Positions 59,627 through 64,000 of a stretch of DNA of 64,000 nucleotides are shown one piece after another (positions within the stretch are counted from its first letter, which is position 1; each line of letters opens with the position of its first letter). Under the pieces are notes generated by a model. The model was given only the letters and a program-made list of their open reading frames with translations, ran no database searches and was not told where the DNA came from. The DNA is from Clostridia bacterium (lineage in GTDB: Bacteria > Bacillota > Clostridia > TANB77 > CAG-508): contig JAFROW010000008.1 of assembly GCA_017429505.1 (NCBI GenBank), forward strand, positions 503-64,502. Direction: 5' to 3'. The position numbers and the translations under genes are program-made.

Positions 59627-62008
59627 TTAATAATCTATCTCATCTCCGTCCCATTCTTCTCCTAATGCATCAAATGAGCTTTTTTCTGTGTCATCTGTAG
59701 TTTCTTCACTTTCTTCTAAATAATCTTCTTCATCTTGACTTTCATACTCTTCTTCGTAACTATCTTCATCTTCATATTCATCTTCTGTTTCATCATCAAG
59801 TGAATATTCTTGGTCATTTTCTTGCGCTATTAAATCTTTAAGAAGTTCTCCGTCTTTTAGACTAATACTACCAAAATGATCATTTTCATCTTCTACAGTA
59901 TATCCAGAGCTATGTTCACATAATGTAATATGTACTCCTTCTCCGAATATAAATTCTGGAATACCTTCTATATTAGTTGATGGATAAACATACAATTGTC
60001 CAATATTCTCATCTATCGTATATTCTCCCACTGGTGTATATCCTTGAGTTATATTATCTGTCATTTCTTCTTTTTTGTATTTATCTATACTTGAATTAAT
60101 TTTTCCTGTTTCTTCTCCTTCTATTGTAGTTACCATCATTCTTGGTTGTTCATTATTTTGTTCTTCTGACATTATTCCTATAGCATTAATCTTTTCTCCA
60201 TCTGCTGTAATCTCTTTACTTCCTAAAAAAGTCATTCCGCTTGGAATTATATTCTCTTCTTGTTCAGCTGTAGTAACTTCTTCTTTAGTTGTTAAAAATG
60301 TTGGAATTAATGTAACTAATGATATTTTATTTTTTCCATCATTATATTCCTCCATTATATAATCACCTATTTCCATCTTCTCGAGTTTTTTTGCTGATAT
60401 TTCACTTGTATAAACATTATCACCATCATTATAGAAATAAGTATAGTAATCATTTTCATTTGCATCTTGAGGATTATAATCTAAAACATCTATGTAACTT
60501 CCACCTTCTATCTCAATGTCATCTGTTACGTCTAATACTGTATTTCCATCTACACTCATTCTAGTTATTACAGGAGTTATCTCATACCTATCTACATTTT
60601 CTACAACTCCATCTTCTGTTATAATAACATTATCTTCTGGAATTACAAATTCATCTCTATCCATTTGAAGATAACCTAATTTTGTTTCTTTAGAAATAGG
60701 ATCTGTATATTTAACAATATAATATTTCCTATTATCTTCTTGTAAAACTTCTGGCATTTCTTGTTTTGTGTCTTCAAAAGCCTTCTCTTCCTCACTTCCT
60801 AATTCAGTAACAGTTTCTGTAGATGTATTTTTTAAAGAATCTGATTTATTATAAAAAAAAGTTTTTACAGATAAAAATGCAGTTATCATCATACCTGCTG
60901 CTCCTAAGATAAGTATAGGCATTCTTTTAAACTTTCTATCTACTCCGATATTTTTTGGTAAATTTTTTAACCTTCTTTTATTATTTTGTTCTGTAAAAAT
61001 ATCATTTACTATACTTGTTGCTTTTGTTTTTACTTTTGATGTTTGATAATTTGCAATCAATGTTTTTAAATCTTCTACACTTATTTCACACAAATTTCCA
61101 TAATTATCAAAAACTCTATCTTTTTTTAATTTTTCATATTCATCTTTTTTTAAATCTAAAATTGGTTGAAGAATTTTTTTCATTAAAACATCTTTACTAA
61201 TCTCATTTTCTTCAATTGCAAGAACAAGTTTTTTTAAAACAGATATATCTCCATGTTTATTAACTATTTTCGAAATCATATTAACAAATTCTTTTAAATG
61301 TACTGGTTTATCAATACATTCAAATTTATCCATAAAATGCACAGCAATTTCTAAAATTTCATTTCCTTTCGGATCACATGCAATCTTGCTAATAACAATT
61401 ACAAAATTACGATTATTAACTTTATTATTGTCACCAAATTTTTCACTTATTGCTTTTATAATTTTCTTAGTCTCTTCTAAATTAATTTTTGAGTAACTTT
61501 TTTTTACTCCTTCAATAATACCTTTCTCAATATTATATACATAATCTCCTTCTGCATCTCTTTCTGAATCACTTTTGATATAGTTATAATCATATGTATC
61601 ATACAAATAATTTGTTAAATATGCTAAATCTTTGTATATAGATTCACACTTAGATTTTCTTACTATTTTACTTTCTAAAAGTTCTCTTAAAACTTCTACT
61701 GAATTATCATCTATATGTTGAACAGAATCTATACTTTCTGCGTTTACTTTTTTGTTATACTTTAATGCATCAAAGTAAATTCCTCGCCATGGAAAACGTT
61801 CTTCATTTTCATTGTTACTACTTATGTATTCTTGAGATTGTTCTTGTTCTTGAGCTTCTAAATCTGATGAATTTATTGATTGTGCATCTAAATTATCTGA
61901 TGAAGAATTTGATTGTGGTTGTTCCTCTCCATTATTAAATTCAACTATTACCTTTCTCGCTCCAACTTTTTGAACTTGTGTTAAAAAATCTTGTTCATTA
62001 ATATTCAT
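59627..62008 (-). CDS. Single-pass membrane protein with large helical N-terminal part, beta-rich C-terminal part and acidic tail
   Basis: TM MPILILGAAGMMITAFLSV mid-protein; E/D-rich last ~60 aa; SD GGAGGAG. Confidence 0.8.
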   Translation of the reverse strand: MNINEQDFLTQVQKVGARKVIVEFNNGEEQPQSNSSSDNLDAQSINSSDLEAQEQEQSQEYISSNNENEERFPWRGIYFDALKYNKKVNAESIDSVQHIDDNSVEVLRELLESKIVRKSKCESIYKDLAYLTNYLYDTYDYNYIKSDSERDAEGDYVYNIEKGIIEGVKKSYSKINLEETKKIIKAISEKFGDNNKVNNRNFVIVISKIACDPKGNEILEIAVHFMDKFECIDKPVHLKEFVNMISKIVNKHGDISVLKKLVLAIEENEISKDVLMKKILQPILDLKKDEYEKLKKDRVFDNYGNLCEISVEDLKTLIANYQTSKVKTKATSIVNDIFTEQNNKRRLKNLPKNIGVDRKFKRMPILILGAAGMMITAFLSVKTFFYNKSDSLKNTSTETVTELGSEEEKAFEDTKQEMPEVLQEDNRKYYIVKYTDPISKETKLGYLQMDRDEFVIPEDNVIITEDGVVENVDRYEITPVITRMSVDGNTVLDVTDDIEIEGGSYIDVLDYNPQDANENDYYTYFYNDGDNVYTSEISAKKLEKMEIGDYIMEEYNDGKNKISLVTLIPTFLTTKEEVTTAEQEENIIPSGMTFLGSKEITADGEKINAIGIMSEEQNNEQPRMMVTTIEGEETGKINSSIDKYKKEEMTDNITQGYTPVGEYTIDENIGQLYVYPSTNIEGIPEFIFGEGVHITLCEHSSGYTVEDENDHFGSISLKDGELLKDLIAQENDQEYSLDDETEDEYEDEDSYEEEYESQDEEDYLEESEETTDDTEKSSFDALGEEWDGDEIDY

Positions 62009-62048
62009 TTTTTCTCCTCCAACATTATTGTATACATTTTATGTCAAT

Positions 62049-62077
62049 ATTATATCATATTTTCTTTTTTTAGTCAA
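62049..62077 (-). promoter_or_regulatory. Sigma-A promoter heading the 62008-48216 gene run
   Basis: TTGACT-17-TATAAT with extended TG. Confidence 0.7.
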
Positions 62078-62307
62078 CATAATATCTAAATTTTATGTAT
62101 TAAATTTAATGAGTATTTCCACTAATTAATATATTTTTAAAATTATTGTTTACTTTTTCTGTAAACTATGATATAATGTTTACATAAATTACATTTCTAT
62201 AGTGACTATTTGCTCTTTTATTAAGCAAATTTTACACTATTTAAAATATATGGTTTGAGAAAGGAGGGATTTATTCGATTTTTTTACACAAGATAAGGAG
62301 AAGTATT

Positions 62308-63594
62308 ATGTTTATATTATATATTTTTGGACCAATCTTTATTTTTTTACTCTTGATAAAAATCATTTTCAAAAAACCTGGAGAATTATTTGTTGAAGGC
62401 TTGGGGTGGACTGCACTAATAGCATTTCTTATTGTTTTATTTATAGCTGTATTGTCTTTTAGTTTAAAAAAACTGGTTCCATTTGATCCTAGTTTTAAAG
62501 AACCTCTAGCTTTTATTGAAAATTTGATAGATAAATTTCCAATAAAATCTCCATTTTCTGGTTTAAATCCAGGAAATGAAACAGTTCCAAATAGTTCATC
62601 AAATTCGAATAATTCTAACAATTCGAAAGATTCGGAAAGTTCTGATAATTCAGATAACGAAACTGTAATATCTACAGAGGAACTTTCTGAAATGAAAGAA
62701 GAATTAAATAAAAGGATTTCAGATGTACTTTCCGATGAGACAGAAAAAAATGATAATGTAATAATTAATAGAAATTTCTCAATGTATTGGAGAGATTTTG
62801 GTGCTGACACAAAATGGAACAAAAAAGATTTTGAAAAATATTTTTTCTCTGTATATTCAAAAAAGCTAGAGTTCAATCATATTACTTCGGCTGAAGCCAA
62901 ATATCCTAATATTGATTATACTCTTGATCTCAAAGAAAAAAAGGGAAAATTAATATGTACCATTGAGTTTACTAACTCAAAAAAATTCAATGGAACCTTT
63001 AGCCAAATTGAGGACCGATACGTATCAGGTCCTATAGGTCAAAGTAAGCAAAAATCTTCAATATTTAATTCCATTAAAGATTTGTTTCTTGACATGCCTA
63101 TGGAAAAAACAAGTAATTCTATGTTTGATGAACATGGTCATTCAGAAGAAATGACTGTGGCAAAACTTTTAAATGAATTAAGTGACCCCATAGTGAATGC
63201 CAAAAAGAAACAAATTCTTACGGAGTTAGCTACATGTAAGTATTTTTCCGATATCTATACAGTTAAATTGAACGAAAAAATTTATCTGAAAAAAGAAGGT
63301 ATAGTAAAAACTAACTTTTCAGATGAAGAGATTGAATCAATTTTTGGTTCAACTAAGAAAAAAGATACCACTGTCGTTAAAAAACCAAGTAGCAAATGTT
63401 ATGTTTGTATTACAAACACTCTTTGTTATAATTCATCATCTACAACATCTGCTATTGAATTAATACAAATAGCAGAAAATATTAACTTGGATGGTTTAAT
63501 ATATAGTAACATAAATGAAAACGCAAGAGCTACAGCTCAAAATGGCAAGACATTTTTTGAGCTATTTGAACAAATCAAAGATAAAGATAACTAA
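62308..63594 (+). CDS. Hypothetical membrane protein (2 N-terminal TM segments, Ser/Asn linker)
   Basis: SD AAGGAG; divergent promoter TTTACT-17-TATAAT at 62149-62177; terminator follows. Confidence 0.8.
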   Translation: MFILYIFGPIFIFLLLIKIIFKKPGELFVEGLGWTALIAFLIVLFIAVLSFSLKKLVPFDPSFKEPLAFIENLIDKFPIKSPFSGLNPGNETVPNSSSNSNNSNNSKDSESSDNSDNETVISTEELSEMKEELNKRISDVLSDETEKNDNVIINRNFSMYWRDFGADTKWNKKDFEKYFFSVYSKKLEFNHITSAEAKYPNIDYTLDLKEKKGKLICTIEFTNSKKFNGTFSQIEDRYVSGPIGQSKQKSSIFNSIKDLFLDMPMEKTSNSMFDEHGHSEEMTVAKLLNELSDPIVNAKKKQILTELATCKYFSDIYTVKLNEKIYLKKEGIVKTNFSDEEIESIFGSTKKKDTTVVKKPSSKCYVCITNTLCYNSSSTTSAIELIQIAENINLDGLIYSNINENARATAQNGKTFFELFEQIKDKDN

Positions 63595-63617
63595 AAGATT
63601 TCTCAAACCATAAAACC

Positions 63618-63651
63618 AAAAAAAGCGAACCTGAATTCAGGTTCGCTTTTT
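63618..63651. terminator. Bidirectional terminator
   Basis: Perfect palindrome AAAAAGCGAACCTGAATTCAGGTTCGCTTTTT between convergent genes. Confidence 0.9.
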
Positions 63652-63688
63652 GGGTTGTTAAAAACTACAAAAAACGAAATGGAAGCTA

Positions 63689-64000
63689 CTATTCTTTTAT
63701 TATCACGTTGGAATCATAATGTTCCATTACGCAAATGGTAGCTATAGTTATTGCCAACGGATATCCAAGATCACCAAACCTGGATAATCCTGTAGACAGA
63801 AAAATAGCAGACAAAAATGACATCAAGATAAAAATTCCCCAACCCAGGAAAATCTCACCTATATCATATACTTCATCTTTTACAGCCTTAAGCATTATAA
63901 TTTGTCCGATAGTGATTACAACTCCGAGAAAAATACAGATTCCTGCTCTAATATCGTCCCCGGTAGTGTTTAAATATGGGATATTATATCCTACTTCGTT
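63689..64000 (-). CDS. Hypothetical membrane protein; 5' end lies outside the window
   Basis: The frame of the 63689-63895 ORF stays open to the window edge (NEVGYNIPYLNTTGDDIRAGICIFLGVVITIGQII-MLKAV...); three hydrophobic segments. Confidence 0.65.
   Translation of the reverse strand, partial: NEVGYNIPYLNTTGDDIRAGICIFLGVVITIGQIIMLKAVKDEVYDIGEIFLGWGIFILMSFLSAIFLSTGLSRFGDLGYPLAITIATICVMEHYDSNVIIKE

Noticed and set aside
47400-62008. Prophage tail/lysis module or ICE
   Set aside because: No capsid, terminase, tape measure, holin, integrase, relaxase or Walker-A ATPase recognisable; composition looks host-like. Cannot be excluded beyond the window.
62271-62876. 201-aa minus-strand ORF
   Set aside because: Antisense to the 428-aa gene, which has an SD, promoter and terminator.

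Overview
This is a low-GC chromosomal segment from a Clostridia-type (Bacillota) genome, with almost all genes on the minus strand. The class-III 'G|ITL' pilin leader on a DUF285 surface protein and the lean gene content suggest an uncultured reduced-genome gut lineage such as TANB77/CAG-508 (inference). Bases 1-46.5 kb are mostly housekeeping: P-type ATPase, adenosine-deaminase-like protein, tRNA-Met, pflX, hemolysin III, an HI0933 flavoprotein broken by one extra base, asp23-amaP-nusB-xseA/B, pyk, argS, PBP1A, feoAB, tyrS, a CDF transporter, groESL with CIRCE, uppP, GH15, ftsH, alr, a FemABX transferase and a RelB-YoeB toxin-antitoxin pair. Bases 47.4-62 kb hold the main candidate novel system: six tightly spaced large genes followed by two small coiled-coil paralogues. 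They encode cell-envelope-degrading domains (NlpC/P60, ComEC/Pce-type MBL, CHAP, phage-tail-type lysozyme, SGNH-like, beta-helix), a doubly inactivated paralogue, a shared unnamed domain and shared C-terminal [D/E][R/K] ends, with no phage or conjugation core genes in the window. Smaller observations include a WYL-like pseudogene between groES and groEL, a candidate ~65-nt sRNA, several palindromic repeat families and a possible +1 recoding site at CGGA. All calls come from reading motifs by eye; no searches were run.
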